IMG/VR virus record: IMGVR_UViG_2703718851_000004 | Span: 1 to 42,238 of that record | From: a virus | Taxonomy: Duplodnaviria; Heunggongvirae; Uroviricota; Caudoviricetes | DNA length: 42,238 bases | Reading direction: 5' to 3' (one strand) | Shown: positions 22,296 through 31,291 of the stretch, piece by piece | Layout of the letters: each line of letters begins with the position of its first letter | Numbering within the stretch: position 1 is the stretch's first letter | Notes under the pieces: generated by a model | What the model saw: the letters and a program-made list of their open reading frames with translations, nothing else | What the model was told of the DNA's origin: nothing | Databases searched by the model: none | Translations under genes and position numbers: made by a program

Positions 22296-22470
22296 TCAAT
22301 CTGTCCTCGCGCTCTTTGCGCTTGTAGTACCAGTTGATGCCAAATGTGCCGACAGTACAAAGAATACCAATGATGACAGCCCAGTCATTCAGGGAGAGAA
22401 TGCCACCCATCGCAGTCAGTCCTCCGAAGCTGTAACTGAACCATTCTCTGATTTTGTCCATACGGTACAT
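22267..22470 (-). CDS. Pinholin (class II holin) with dual-start motif
   Basis: 67 aa; two hydrophobic segments and charged C terminus; Met1/Met4 dual start (MYRMDK); overlaps endolysin start. Confidence 0.75.
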   Translation of the reverse strand: MYRMDKIREWFSYSFGGLTAMGGILSLNDWAVIIGILCTVGTFGINWYYKRKEREDRLNGNVTGTTK

Positions 22471-22714
22471 GCTCTACCCCTTCATTGAGGGGATTTGCTC
22501 TATTTAATTAGGAATAAGGTCGATTACTGATAGAACAAATCCAGGCTACTGTGTTTAGTAATCAGATTTGTTCGTGACCGATATGCACGGGCAAAACGGC
22601 ATGAGGTTGTTAGCGCAACCTCCTGCCACCCGCTTTCACGAAGATCATGTGTAGAAGGCCGCAGCGTAACTATCACTGATGAATTCAGGATAGTCAGTGG
22701 CTACGGCTCAGTTA

Positions 22715-22790
22715 TGGTGCTGGTTAACGGACTTGAACCGCTACCCATTCGCTTACAAGGCGACTGCTCTACCATTGGAGCTAAACCAGC
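22715..22790 (-). tRNA. tRNA-Thr (anticodon UGU)
   Basis: 76-nt cloverleaf: 7-bp acceptor GCTGGTT/AACCAGC, D-stem GCTC/GAGC, anticodon loop CTTGTAA, T-loop TTCAAGT, encoded CCA; one G-A mismatch at top of anticodon stem. Confidence 0.65.
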
Positions 22791-22795
22791 ATGTT

Positions 22796-22869
22796 TGGCG
22801 GGACAGCGTGGACTCGAACCACGATAAGAAGTTAACAGCCTTCCGTAATGACCTTTATACGACTGACCC
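22796..22869 (-). tRNA. tRNA-like element with Asn-type anticodon loop (possibly degenerate)
   Basis: T-arm CGTGG-TTCGAGT-CCACG, encoded CCA, loop CTGTTAA (GUU); but T-T mismatch in acceptor stem, weak anticodon stem and 3-nt variable region. Confidence 0.35.
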
Positions 22870-22873
22870 AAAT

Positions 22874-22915
22874 AAAAAAAGCCACCGTTGCAACTTAAGA
22901 GTCACTAACGGCAGC
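22874..22915 (-). terminator. Intrinsic terminator downstream of candidate late promoter (tR'-like)
   Basis: Minus strand: imperfect stem GCTGCCGTT/AACGGTGGC followed by TTTTTTT. Confidence 0.45.
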
Positions 22916-22925
22916 TTACCTTCTA

Positions 22926-22955
22926 ATTATGGCTAAATGGATAATTGCATGTCAA
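22926..22955 (-). promoter_or_regulatory. Candidate late promoter pR' (Q-utilisation region)
   Basis: Minus strand TTGACA (22950..22955), 18-nt spacer, CATAAT (22926..22931), overlapping the 3' end of the Q-like gene. Confidence 0.45.
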
Positions 22956-23451
22956 GGCCTTTAACAGCAACATGCTTAACTTTCTCAACACGTTTACGCA
23001 TTTTGAAAGCATTTTGCATTGGCTGGTACAAAACAAATAACGACGCTTTCAGGATGTCGTCAATTTCGTTTCTACAGGTTGCCATTGAAGGTTTTCTCCA
23101 TCCCTCGCCACCACGTCCACACATCTTGCGTGGCTTTGCAGTCGCGTGATAGTAGGATGCAATTGCTCGCTTAGATGAACCATGAGCGTAGTAGCTGAGG
23201 AGGATGCCAAAGGCTTTCTTGTCAATGTACATGACGGAATCGACGACCTGAGAAATCAACATTCCATCATCATCATTACACATTGGCCTTGTCATAACTC
23301 TTCCCGGCTCTACGCTCTCCATGAACTTCGCTATTACGCTGCTCATGCGCTTTTCCAGGCGGCCTGAATAAACCCATGCGCCCCACAGTTCAAGCCAGCC
23401 ATTCAGCCACTCATGCTGTTCTTTGGTGAGGTTTAGTTCTCTTATGCCCAC
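22933..23451 (-). CDS. Late-gene antiterminator Q-like protein
   Basis: 172 aa; WGAW and CNDDD motifs resembling P22 gp23-type Q (from memory); position between nin region and lysis cassette. Confidence 0.75.
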   Translation of the reverse strand: MGIRELNLTKEQHEWLNGWLELWGAWVYSGRLEKRMSSVIAKFMESVEPGRVMTRPMCNDDDGMLISQVVDSVMYIDKKAFGILLSYYAHGSSKRAIASYYHATAKPRKMCGRGGEGWRKPSMATCRNEIDDILKASLFVLYQPMQNAFKMRKRVEKVKHVAVKGLDMQLSI

Positions 23452-24113
23452 GCGCCTTCTCCCTGTGCCTGAATCAATGTGAGGTTTCCGCAGAACACTG
23501 CGCCGGTATCGATATACATCTGGTTGGCAAATTTGAGTGGTTTCACTGCTGGCGTATGACCAAAGATGAACGTGTCCGCGCCTTTGATTTCTTTCACGAT
23601 CCCGTCTTGTGAGTTGCTGATTCGTTCGCGGTTCCAGATTACCTGCTGATGATCAACTGGCTTTCCAAACTCGTATTCGTCACAAGGATAATCGGCGTGG
23701 CAGATGACATATTTTTTATCTTTGCTCACCAGTTCGATGATTAACGGAAGTTCATCTGCTTTATGGGCAAGAGCTTTAGCCAGAATTTCTTTGTCGTAAT
23801 CGAGATTAAAGAACCAGCCACCGCCATTAAGCATCCAGTGATTGACGTTTCCGCGCTCTGATAAGCCATCAATCATCATTTGCTCATGGTTTCCACGTAC
23901 AGCTCTGAACCAGGGGAATGTGATTAATTCCAGGCATTCGACGTTCTCTGTACCGCGATCGACCAAATCGCCAACCGAGATAAGCAGGTCTTTTTTGGTG
24001 TCGAATCCTATCGTCTCCAGTTTTTTCATCAGGTTCGTGTAGCATCCGTGCAGATCGCCAACTACCCAAACATTTCGGTATTTGCTGCCATCAATTCTTT
24101 CGTAATAGCGCAT
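23442..24113 (-). CDS. Ser/Thr protein phosphatase (lambda orf221/NinI-like)
   Basis: Metallophosphatase motifs GDLHG, GDLVDRG, GNHE; start at MRYYERIDG with GGAG RBS. Confidence 0.88.
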   Translation of the reverse strand: MRYYERIDGSKYRNVWVVGDLHGCYTNLMKKLETIGFDTKKDLLISVGDLVDRGTENVECLELITFPWFRAVRGNHEQMMIDGLSERGNVNHWMLNGGGWFFNLDYDKEILAKALAHKADELPLIIELVSKDKKYVICHADYPCDEYEFGKPVDHQQVIWNRERISNSQDGIVKEIKGADTFIFGHTPAVKPLKFANQMYIDTGAVFCGNLTLIQAQGEGAWA

Positions 24114-24297
24114 CTCTTTCACTCCATCCGCGATGAACCATGAGAACGTCGTTGACGATGGCGTGCATTTTCCCGTCTTTATCATCAACGTATTTTCTTA
24201 CCGTGCCGCGACTACATTTCAGTCTGCGTGCTACTTCTGTCTGGTTTCCGTATGCTTCAACGAGCATGTCTGGAATGGTTTTTACTGAGAACGTCAT
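24091..24297 (-). CDS. ninH: NinH
   Basis: 68 aa, matches lambda NinH from memory ([27 protein letters not shown]...). Confidence 0.85.
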   Translation of the reverse strand: MTFSVKTIPDMLVEAYGNQTEVARRLKCSRGTVRKYVDDKDGKMHAIVNDVLMVHRGWSERDALLRKN

Positions 24298-24905
24298 GCG
24301 GCCTCACTTCTGCTATTTCGCAGGTCTTTGAGTTTCTGTTGGTACTCTGCCTTGATCGCCTTGCACTCTTCGATAGTCCAGCGATGGCGGCTATGGTTTG
24401 ATTCGATTTCGTCTACTGCTTCCTGCCCGATGCGGTTAATCAGTTCGACGCGATACGGAACTAGATTTCCGCTTTTGTGCTGGTTGCACACCACGCATTG
24501 CTTGTGAATATTGCGTTCATCAAATCGGAGTTGAGGTGCCGCAGCAGTTGTCCGGTAATGCCCGGCATCCCACTGAGCAGACGTGAGCGTTCCGCACGAG
24601 ATACATGGTAAGTCGCGGTCTCTTTCTCTGATGAAGGCGTTTACGGCTTGTTGGGCTTGTTTAATCCAGTAACTGCGGGGCTTTAAGGCGAGTTTTCGAA
24701 TCTTAAGTTTATCTTTCTGTTTCTGCTCCTCTCGTCGCCGTTTCTTCTCTGCTGCTTTTTCCGCTTTTTCGCGTTCTTTGCTTCGTCGTTCGAGTGCTAT
24801 CTTTGTTCCACACTCTGGAGAGCACCACCACTGATTAGCGAATGCAGGGTGAAACCATTCCCGACATTCTTCGTTTTTACATCGTCTTCGCGCTGGTTTA
24901 GCCAT
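24294..24905 (-). CDS. ninG: NinG (Rap) recombination-associated protein
   Basis: 203 aa; lambda NinG-like with Cys-rich motifs ([14 protein letters not shown]). Confidence 0.85.
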   Translation of the reverse strand: MAKPARRRCKNEECREWFHPAFANQWWCSPECGTKIALERRSKEREKAEKAAEKKRRREEQKQKDKLKIRKLALKPRSYWIKQAQQAVNAFIRERDRDLPCISCGTLTSAQWDAGHYRTTAAAPQLRFDERNIHKQCVVCNQHKSGNLVPYRVELINRIGQEAVDEIESNHSRHRWTIEECKAIKAEYQQKLKDLRNSRSEAA

Positions 24906-25074
24906 CGTATTCTTCCTCGTACATTGAGCTATTCGGATCGCTCATCAGTTCTGCGCAGCAGTGCTCACACACGTGAACTTCCAGCACATGCAGCTTCTGA
25001 CCGCAGTTAGCGCACGTTAAAGCCCGCTCGACGCTTTCTTTCTGGTATTGAATTGATTGGGATGGGCTAAGCAT
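24898..25074 (-). CDS. ninF: NinF
   Basis: 58-aa ORF translated by hand ([40 protein letters not shown]...); overlaps ninG start. Confidence 0.7.
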   Translation of the reverse strand: MLSPSQSIQYQKESVERALTCANCGQKLHVLEVHVCEHCCAELMSDPNSSMYEEEYDG

Positions 25075-25441
25075 TATTGGCGTCCTGCATCATGAGAAAT
25101 ACAATCATGGCGGCGCGGAGTGGGTTATTGTCTATGGTAATAAATTCACAAAATCTATCCGCCTCCCACCAATATTCATTCTTCATTCCAGGATTATTTC
25201 TTTCGTATGCACATATGCTGATCTGATGTTTTGCGATTACAGGCCATGCAGCTCTCGGATCATTGCAGTAGTCAGGTAAAGGGTTTAATGGCTCAAGACT
25301 TGTATCAGCATTTCCGTAATACCATTTATTTGTGTTATTCCCTGATGTTTCAGGCTTACATGCCCAAAGGCCCTTAAAAATTATGTCTCCTACCATTCTG
25401 TTAATTTCAAAATCACTTAACTGTGAATAATCCATTGTCAT
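25067..25441 (-). CDS. Nin-region protein (NinX/DUF-like), AT-rich
   Basis: ORF starting [15 protein letters not shown] with ATGA overlap to ninE stop; family name from memory, low certainty. Confidence 0.55.
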   Translation of the reverse strand: MTMDYSQLSDFEINRMVGDIIFKGLWACKPETSGNNTNKWYYGNADTSLEPLNPLPDYCNDPRAAWPVIAKHQISICAYERNNPGMKNEYWWEADRFCEFITIDNNPLRAAMIVFLMMQDANNA

Positions 25442-25620
25442 TTCCTCGCACGATGTCTTAGCCACCGGATATCCCACAGGTGAGCCGTGTAGTTGAAGGT
25501 TTTTACGTCAGATTCTTTTGGGATTGGCTTGCGTTTATTTCTGGAGCGTTTCGTTGGAAGGTATTTGCAGTTTTCGCAGATGATGTCGGTGAAACCTCGC
25601 CGCTTGCTCTGCTGGTTCAA
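25438..25620 (-). CDS. ninE: NinE-like protein (TTG start)
   Basis: 60 aa; core [15 protein letters not shown]...[21 protein letters not shown] resembles lambda NinE; only start codon available is TTG. Confidence 0.65.
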   Translation of the reverse strand: MNQQSKRRGFTDIICENCKYLPTKRSRNKRKPIPKESDVKTFNYTAHLWDIRWLRHRARK

Positions 25621-25804
25621 TGGAAATAACCAGGTCTTTGTCGCCTAACTGCCAGATAATTCCCTGCTCTTCTTCGCCCCCTGTCATTGCCTCCACATAA
25701 GCCATAAGGTAATTCATCATGATGTTTATGCCGTCGACTCCTTCGCTTTCTGCATCTTCCATGAGGTCAGAGAAACGCTCGATGTAGTCTTCTTCTGCGC
25801 TCAT
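25535..25804 (-). CDS. NinD-like acidic protein (3' end overlaps ninE by ~86 nt)
   Basis: ORF starting [11 protein letters not shown] with GAGGAA RBS; continues in another frame across the ninE start. Confidence 0.5.
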   Translation of the reverse strand: MSAEEDYIERFSDLMEDAESEGVDGINIMMNYLMAYVEAMTGGEEEQGIIWQLGDKDLVISIEPAEQAARFHRHHLRKLQIPSNETLQK

Positions 25805-25814
25805 AGCTATTTCC

Positions 25815-26651
25815 TCAGGTTGAACATTCGCAAGGTAATGCGTCGTCATCGGCAAACATGTCTATTTGCAGAGCTCGCTCAGCAACTGCTTGCTTAGCAA
25901 TACTCCAGAATTTTCCAGATGGGACGTGTTCATTTGGCTGAATTCCAAGTCTTTCCATTTCGGCAAATAACCCCTCCCTTTCCTCCAAATAAACTGCGCC
26001 AGTTTCATCCTTGTGAATTGCATATCCGATTTCCTCTTCCGCAGCTTTCGCCTCATTCCAGATGTCTTTACGAAGCACATAAACGCAGTACCAGTGTTGC
26101 CATCCTGCCTTTAAACAGCCAATGCAATTTGCGTGCTTAAATCTCGAATAAGCCATTGGGCGGTTAATGCCAATTTCTTCCGTAGAGTGGATTGTTCTTT
26201 GCGGCCATAGGGCAATCGGATAGTCAGTTTTATAACCTCGTTCAGCCATAACACCCACGCGGCGCTGAACTCGATGCATTTCATTTCTGTCAAATCCGTA
26301 GTAGTAGATATTTTCCTTTTGGCTATCATTACGCTCCAGCCACAGATCAAACGGTCCTGTCTTAAGCCTGTTGGTGCATAGAATTTGACCTGATCCAACT
26401 TTCCATGCCCTCGCGTCAAGGCAAACAGATATTGGAGTAGCGTCTTTCCACCTTTCATGGTTGGCATACGTAACATCTATCCCTAAATAACTTGATATCT
26501 CATCCTTAAATCTCTTGATGTCCTCGTCTTCTACTGTGCTACTGATGTCGTGGTTAAGCAGGATGACATTTTCTCTTCCATATTTTCTGACCACCTCTAT
26601 CGCGACAATTGCCGAGGAGTGGCCTCCGCTATACAAAACTACGTGCTTCAT
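25815..26651 (-). CDS. NinC-like PP-loop/PAPS-reductase family protein
   Basis: N-terminal PP-loop motif VLYSGGHSS; ATGA overlap with upstream ORF. Confidence 0.7.
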   Translation of the reverse strand: MKHVVLYSGGHSSAIVAIEVVRKYGRENVILLNHDISSTVEDEDIKRFKDEISSYLGIDVTYANHERWKDATPISVCLDARAWKVGSGQILCTNRLKTGPFDLWLERNDSQKENIYYYGFDRNEMHRVQRRVGVMAERGYKTDYPIALWPQRTIHSTEEIGINRPMAYSRFKHANCIGCLKAGWQHWYCVYVLRKDIWNEAKAAEEEIGYAIHKDETGAVYLEEREGLFAEMERLGIQPNEHVPSGKFWSIAKQAVAERALQIDMFADDDALPCECST

Positions 26652-26848
26652 GCCCATACCCTCTGTTGATACTTACTCCTACCCTTTGGCTCGCTGGCGT
26701 ATTCTGGAAGCAACGCGGAAACCACCCATAACCGAGGGTCTGCGCTTAGCGTTCGTTGAGTTTTTACGTTGCGGGATTGGTAGGCGGTGATTAACTGAGT
26801 TGCTTCTTCGTTGGTGAGGTCGTGATGGTGAAACCATGTGAGCTTCAA
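26648..26848 (-). CDS. Hypothetical 66-aa protein (TTG start, translationally coupled to Dam)
   Basis: Strong GGAGG 6 nt upstream of TTG; start overlaps Dam stop, stop overlaps ninC-like start. Confidence 0.4.
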   Translation of the reverse strand: MKLTWFHHHDLTNEEATQLITAYQSRNVKTQRTLSADPRLWVVSALLPEYASEPKGRSKYQQRVWA

Positions 26849-27384
26849 TCGTACCTCCTGTCAGTGAACCTGACGCTCTGACCGATAGCCATCAATGCCG
26901 CTTTGGATACGGTAGTAAACATCCGTCGAGGACTGATGAACGGTCGCCAAATCAGCAGCATGGAGCCTTTGCTGTTTCCCTTCTTCTCCAACCCTGTCGA
27001 TGGTTCGATAAAATTAATCCGTCCATCAGTGATAATGCGAACTTCGTCGACACTCTCCAGAGCCTTGCTGAACCATCCGACTGACATATCCTCTGGCACA
27101 AGCATAACTACCGTCTGTCGCTGTTGTATGCACTGCTCAGCGGCTTTTTCCACCCACGGCCTGATATTGCTGTACGGTGGGTTATTCCAGATTGCACCGT
27201 GGCTTACCCACTCAGAATTGAGCGCGTCGTCGGCCTCAGTTAGCCAGTGAGCACACAGAGCATTTTTGTCGCTCGCTGCCGAATCCAGCCAGAATCCAAA
27301 CTCAATATCCAGTGCATCAAAAAGCCAAAGCGGCGTTTGCCAGCAGTCCTTGTCGTGTGCTGGCGTATTTGATTTGATAGTCAT
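26845..27384 (-). CDS. Phage DNA N6-adenine methyltransferase (Dam family)
   Basis: Catalytic NPPY motif (WNNPPYS) and sequence typical of phage Dam; start overlaps ninB stop (ATGA). Confidence 0.85.
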   Translation of the reverse strand: MTIKSNTPAHDKDCWQTPLWLFDALDIEFGFWLDSAASDKNALCAHWLTEADDALNSEWVSHGAIWNNPPYSNIRPWVEKAAEQCIQQRQTVVMLVPEDMSVGWFSKALESVDEVRIITDGRINFIEPSTGLEKKGNSKGSMLLIWRPFISPRRMFTTVSKAALMAIGQSVRFTDRRYD

Positions 27385-27821
27385 GCAGCCCGATCTCCCC
27401 ATCTCGCTTTCCACTCCAGAGCCAGTCTCGCTTCGTCTGACCACTTAACGCCACGCTCTGTACCGAATGCCTGTATAAGCTCTAATAGCTCCGCAAATTC
27501 GCCTACACGCATCCTGCTGGTTGACTGGCCTATTACCACAAAGCCATTCCCGGCAAGGTTAGGAACAACATCCTGCTGCTTTAATGCTGCGGTAAACACA
27601 CACTTCCAGCTTTCTGCATCCAGCCAGCGACCATGCCATTCAACCTGACGAGAGACGTCACCTAAGCAGGCCCATAGCTTCCTGTTTTGGTCTAAGCTGC
27701 GGTTGCGTTCCTGAATGGTTACTACGATTGGTTTGGTTGGGTCTGGAAGGATTTGCTGTACTGCGTGAATAGCGTTTTGCTGATGTGCTGGAGATCGAAT
27801 TTCAAAGGTTAGTTTTTTCAT
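27381..27821 (-). CDS. ninB: NinB (Orf) recombination mediator
   Basis: 146 aa from MKKLTFEIRSPAHQQNAIHAV..., matches lambda NinB from memory; GGGAGAGGG RBS. Confidence 0.88.
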   Translation of the reverse strand: MKKLTFEIRSPAHQQNAIHAVQQILPDPTKPIVVTIQERNRSLDQNRKLWACLGDVSRQVEWHGRWLDAESWKCVFTAALKQQDVVPNLAGNGFVVIGQSTSRMRVGEFAELLELIQAFGTERGVKWSDEARLALEWKARWGDRAA

Positions 27822-27840
27822 GACTTCCCTCTCCCCCAAA

Positions 27841-27869
27841 TAAAAAGGCCTGCGATTACCAGCAGGCCT
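27841..27869 (-). terminator. Intrinsic terminator between replication genes and nin region (tR2-like)
   Basis: Stem AGGCCTGC/GCAGGCCT with 8-nt loop, followed on minus strand by TTTTTATTT. Confidence 0.7.
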
Positions 27870-27898
27870 GTTATTAGCTCAGTAATGTAGATGGTCAT

Positions 27899-29779
27899 TT
27901 AATACTCCGTCACGTTTTCCTGTCGCCACGCCTCGTCATATTCCGATTTCGGCATATTGGCGATGTAGCTATATGGCGATCCTGATTCAAGTTGCAGGAA
28001 CTGGTGCGATTGCTCGTCAAGGAACAACGGGACACCACCTTCCCAACCTTCGCCGTTACGTTGTTTTTCAAGCATCAAAACAGATGCCGGAGATGCCAGT
28101 AGCTGTTCGTCCTTCTCTGACATCTTTTCACCACTCTGAACTCTCTGTAACGCTCTCTCGCGAGCCTTGTTACGCCAGATGATGAAAAGGTTGTCTGTCA
28201 GGTCTGTTATCGCTCCAGAGCCTTTTACGTCCATTTTCCCGGTTGGTTTTTCTTCGCTGTCTCCTTTTCGCGAGTGAGTAACGAGAATGACGTGGGAGTT
28301 TGTTTTGTTTTTGAAGTCGCAAATCGAGTCAACAAACGCCTTCTGCCCGTTATAGTCATCGTCGCCTATGCCACATTTCATCAGGCTGTCGATGATGAAT
28401 AACTGGATCCCGTATCGGCGGCGAGCGTAGTCGAATATTTCGATCAGCCTGTCGGCTTTCGCCGTTCCGGTCAGACCAAACACCCAAAGTCTTTCGTCAT
28501 AAAATTTAAATGCAGAGTCAATTTCCAGCACTGGCGGCATCTTGCAGCACGTCGCCTGACGGGTAAGGCGCTTAAGGAGAATACCAGGCTTCAGCTCAAG
28601 TGACGCGATGCACGTCTTCACACCCTGACGCATTGCCTCAAGTGCCATATGCCCGACAACCTCCGTTTTTCCGTGACCGTTCACACCATTGACCAGCGTC
28701 AACTCTGCCTCACGGAACTGGAATTTATCTGCCAGAGATTCCCACGGTGGATTAAACAGATACTGCTGCTTGCCGTAGAAAGCGTTGATAGTGTCCTGGT
28801 AAAACTCTCGCGCACTGTAGAGTTCTTCAGGATCGAAGTAGGATGCCGTGCCGATGTACTGCCAGATTTCATCCTCGGTAACACCGTTCATCAGGCATTC
28901 GTTGATGTCTTTGTACGGCAGAGTAACAAGACGGCAACGATGTTCACCGAGTCGGCTTGCGATTTCCCTTGCGGCTTCACGACCAACATCATCAACGTCC
29001 ATCGAGATGAATATTTCCTCAAACCTGTCGAGGTTGTGGTACTCAAACTCAATCCACTGTTGCTTAGCGCCTTTCCCTCCACCAAACGGCACGGATAACG
29101 CCGAGATGCCGTATTGCGCATAGCTCATACAATCAATTTCGCCTTCGCAAAGCACAACCGCCCTCACGCCAGCGTCCAGAGCCTGCCATCCGAACAGACA
29201 AGGTTCGCAATCACCTTCTGCCATAATGACTTTCTTCCCGTCCGGGCGCTCAGTGCTGATTCGCTTGACCTGCAACAACTCACCATCGCGTTTGTACGGA
29301 AGCACCAGTGCATCAAGTTCTCGTTCTCCCTTCCACACCTTGCCGCTGACAACCTCGTAGCGCTTTACGACTTCTGGCGATATGCCACGCGATTGCAGGT
29401 ACTCAAGATGGGATTCTGTTCTGGTAACGTAGCGGGCGATTTTCTTGCGGTCAGGTCTGGAGAATTTCTTCTCACGTTTGGCATCGAAATGGTGATCGTC
29501 ATCCTTGATTCCGAGAAAGGCTTTCGCTTCCTGCATAGCCTGATGCAGGTTAATTCCACGACATGCCATCCACAAATCAAGCATGTCACCGCCGTCTCCC
29601 TCAGCGAAATCAGCCCATTTTTTCTTGCCGCTAAGGTTGACCTTAAGGCTGTTTCCCTTGTCACCGTTGACGTTACCGGCAACCCACTCATGCCCCTCTT
29701 TCTTGCCGTTTGGCAACAGGTGCGGAGCCACCCTGTCAACCTGCGCCCAAAGCAGGTCGCTAAGTTCACTTGGCGTCAT
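27899..29779 (-). CDS. Bifunctional DNA primase/helicase (TOPRIM primase domain + DnaB-like helicase domain)
   Basis: 626 aa; acidic TOPRIM-like region and Walker A GVNGHGKT in C-terminal half. Confidence 0.8.
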   Translation of the reverse strand: MTPSELSDLLWAQVDRVAPHLLPNGKKEGHEWVAGNVNGDKGNSLKVNLSGKKKWADFAEGDGGDMLDLWMACRGINLHQAMQEAKAFLGIKDDDHHFDAKREKKFSRPDRKKIARYVTRTESHLEYLQSRGISPEVVKRYEVVSGKVWKGERELDALVLPYKRDGELLQVKRISTERPDGKKVIMAEGDCEPCLFGWQALDAGVRAVVLCEGEIDCMSYAQYGISALSVPFGGGKGAKQQWIEFEYHNLDRFEEIFISMDVDDVGREAAREIASRLGEHRCRLVTLPYKDINECLMNGVTEDEIWQYIGTASYFDPEELYSAREFYQDTINAFYGKQQYLFNPPWESLADKFQFREAELTLVNGVNGHGKTEVVGHMALEAMRQGVKTCIASLELKPGILLKRLTRQATCCKMPPVLEIDSAFKFYDERLWVFGLTGTAKADRLIEIFDYARRRYGIQLFIIDSLMKCGIGDDDYNGQKAFVDSICDFKNKTNSHVILVTHSRKGDSEEKPTGKMDVKGSGAITDLTDNLFIIWRNKARERALQRVQSGEKMSEKDEQLLASPASVLMLEKQRNGEGWEGGVPLFLDEQSHQFLQLESGSPYSYIANMPKSEYDEAWRQENVTEY

Positions 29780-29886
29780 GATTCCCTCAGATTGAGATTT
29801 TTAAACCAGAAATCGACAAACGAAATACTTAACCAGCCGTGGTTATAACCAGCGACCAGTAGCGATTTGATTTTTGATTTCATGGT

Positions 29887-30747
29887 TCACCTGTCGAAAA
29901 ACACGTAGCCAGTTTTCGATACGGTGATTGCGGATGATGGTTTGGATTGTGGTTGAATAGTTTCTGGCTTCTCGTCGTTCCAGCGTTGACCGTTCAGGTA
30001 GCTCGATGGTAACAACCTGTCGAATCCGAACTGCTTACCATTCCTGCATGCGATGTCTTCTGCCAGCATCGTGGCAAACTCGCTTGCCGTACCCCTGGTA
30101 GTTTTACGCCATTCCCTGAACTGTGTTCTGAATGCCGAAGCCGCGTTTTTCTTCCCGGCTTTCCGCATGCCTGCACACCAGAATATTTCCTCGAATGCCT
30201 TGTCGGTTTCTTCGTGACGGTCAGATGATTTTTCACACTCCGTCCGAACACTTTCGGACATAGTGTTTTTATTATTTCTTTTTTCTTTTGTAATAGTTTC
30301 TTTTGTGTGTCCCTGTTTTGGTGACAGCGCTGTCACCGTTTTGGTGACACTTTTTGTCACCAATGCAGTGACATTATCACCAGAGTAGTGACACCCTTCG
30401 ATTTGCCATTCTTCGATGTTCTTGTTAGGCCCGATTTGCTGGCCTTCGCGAAGGATAACCTTCATCGCGATAAGCTCATTCTTGGCCTTGTTTACCTTCT
30501 GTCTTGGCAGCCTGGTAATTTGAGCTAACTGACTATCAGAAATGCGATCCATCTTTTTACCGTAGCCGTATGTTTTACGGCATATGGCGTGGGCAACCTT
30601 GCTCTGATTTTTCGTTAAATCTGCGCCGATAAGCTCTTCATACAGGGCATTTGCAAGACGGGTATAACCATCTTCAACTTCTGCCACACGACGCTCCACA
30701 GGCCGTTGTGAAGGCCTTAAATGTGTTACGGTTGCAAGATTACTCAT
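29887..30747 (-). CDS. Replication initiator, phage O-like (N-terminal replisome-organiser domain)
   Basis: 286 aa; N-terminal region resembles phage O N-terminal domain; iterons and AT-rich tract inside the gene. Confidence 0.75.
   Translation of the reverse strand: MSNLATVTHLRPSQRPVERRVAEVEDGYTRLANALYEELIGADLTKNQSKVAHAICRKTYGYGKKMDRISDSQLAQITRLPRQKVNKAKNELIAMKVILREGQQIGPNKNIEEWQIEGCHYSGDNVTALVTKSVTKTVTALSPKQGHTKETITKEKRNNKNTMSESVRTECEKSSDRHEETDKAFEEIFWCAGMRKAGKKNAASAFRTQFREWRKTTRGTASEFATMLAEDIACRNGKQFGFDRLLPSSYLNGQRWNDEKPETIQPQSKPSSAITVSKTGYVFFDR
30321..30394. repeat. Origin-like iteron cluster inside O-like gene
   Basis: Repeated GTGACA/TGTCAC units including perfect 16-bp palindrome GTGACAGCGCTGTCAC, adjacent to AT-rich tract ~30246..30310. 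Confidence 0.6.
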
Positions 30748-30886
30748 GACCTTTCTCCTTCTGCATCAGCTTCACTTTTTCCAACTCAGCCCGGAATCGA
30801 CCAGGCTGCTTGAAGCTGGACAGGAAGCGATCACGTAGTATGTGTTTGTGAATTTTGTCCTGGTAAGGACTGAGTTGTTTTGTCAT
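30740..30886 (-). CDS. Small hypothetical protein between cII and O-like gene
   Basis: 48-aa ORF translated by hand ([21 protein letters not shown]...), GGAG RBS, overlaps O-like start. Confidence 0.3.
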   Translation of the reverse strand: MTKQLSPYQDKIHKHILRDRFLSSFKQPGRFRAELEKVKLMQKEKGHE

Positions 30887-30898
30887 AATGACTCCTGT

Positions 30899-30972
30899 GG
30901 ATTGATCCAGTAATGACCTCAGAATTCCATCTGGATTTGTTCAGAACGCTCGGTTGCCTCCGGGCGTTTTTT
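30899..30972 (+). ncRNA. oop: oop-like antisense RNA overlapping 3' end of cII
   Basis: Sequence matches lambda oop RNA from memory; ends in hairpin plus TTTTTT; antisense to cII stop region. Confidence 0.65.
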
Positions 30973-31212
30973 ATTGGTGAGAATCGAAGCAACTTGTCGT
31001 GCCAATCGAGCCATATCGTCGTCGACGACGCCCCATTCAAGAACAGCAAGCAGCATTGAGAACTTTGGAATCCAATCCCTCTTCCACCTGCTGATCTGCG
31101 ACTTATCAACTCCCACAGCTTCCGCTGTCTTCTCAGTTCCAAGCATTGCGATTTTGTTAAGCAACGCACTCTCGATTCTTAGAGCCTCGTTGCGTTTGTT
31201 TGCACGAACCAT
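30919..31212 (-). CDS. cII: Transcriptional activator CII
   Basis: 97 aa from [35 protein letters not shown]..., matches lambda CII from memory. Confidence 0.92.
   Translation of the reverse strand: MVRANKRNEALRIESALLNKIAMLGTEKTAEAVGVDKSQISRWKRDWIPKFSMLLAVLEWGVVDDDMARLARQVASILTNKKRPEATERSEQIQMEF
31190..31203 (+). promoter_or_regulatory. CII-binding site of pRE (TTGC-N6-TTGC)
   Basis: TTGCGTTTGTTTGC within cII 5' end, on the strand reading toward cI. Confidence 0.75.
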
Positions 31213-31291
31213 ATGTAAGTATTTCCTTAGATAACAATTGATTGAAGGTATGCAAATAAATGCATACACCATAGGTGTGGTTTAATTTGAT

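Noticed and set aside
29114-29848. 244-aa plus-strand ORF
   Set aside because: Entirely antisense to the primase-helicase gene, which has clear conserved motifs; no RBS; judged a shadow ORF.
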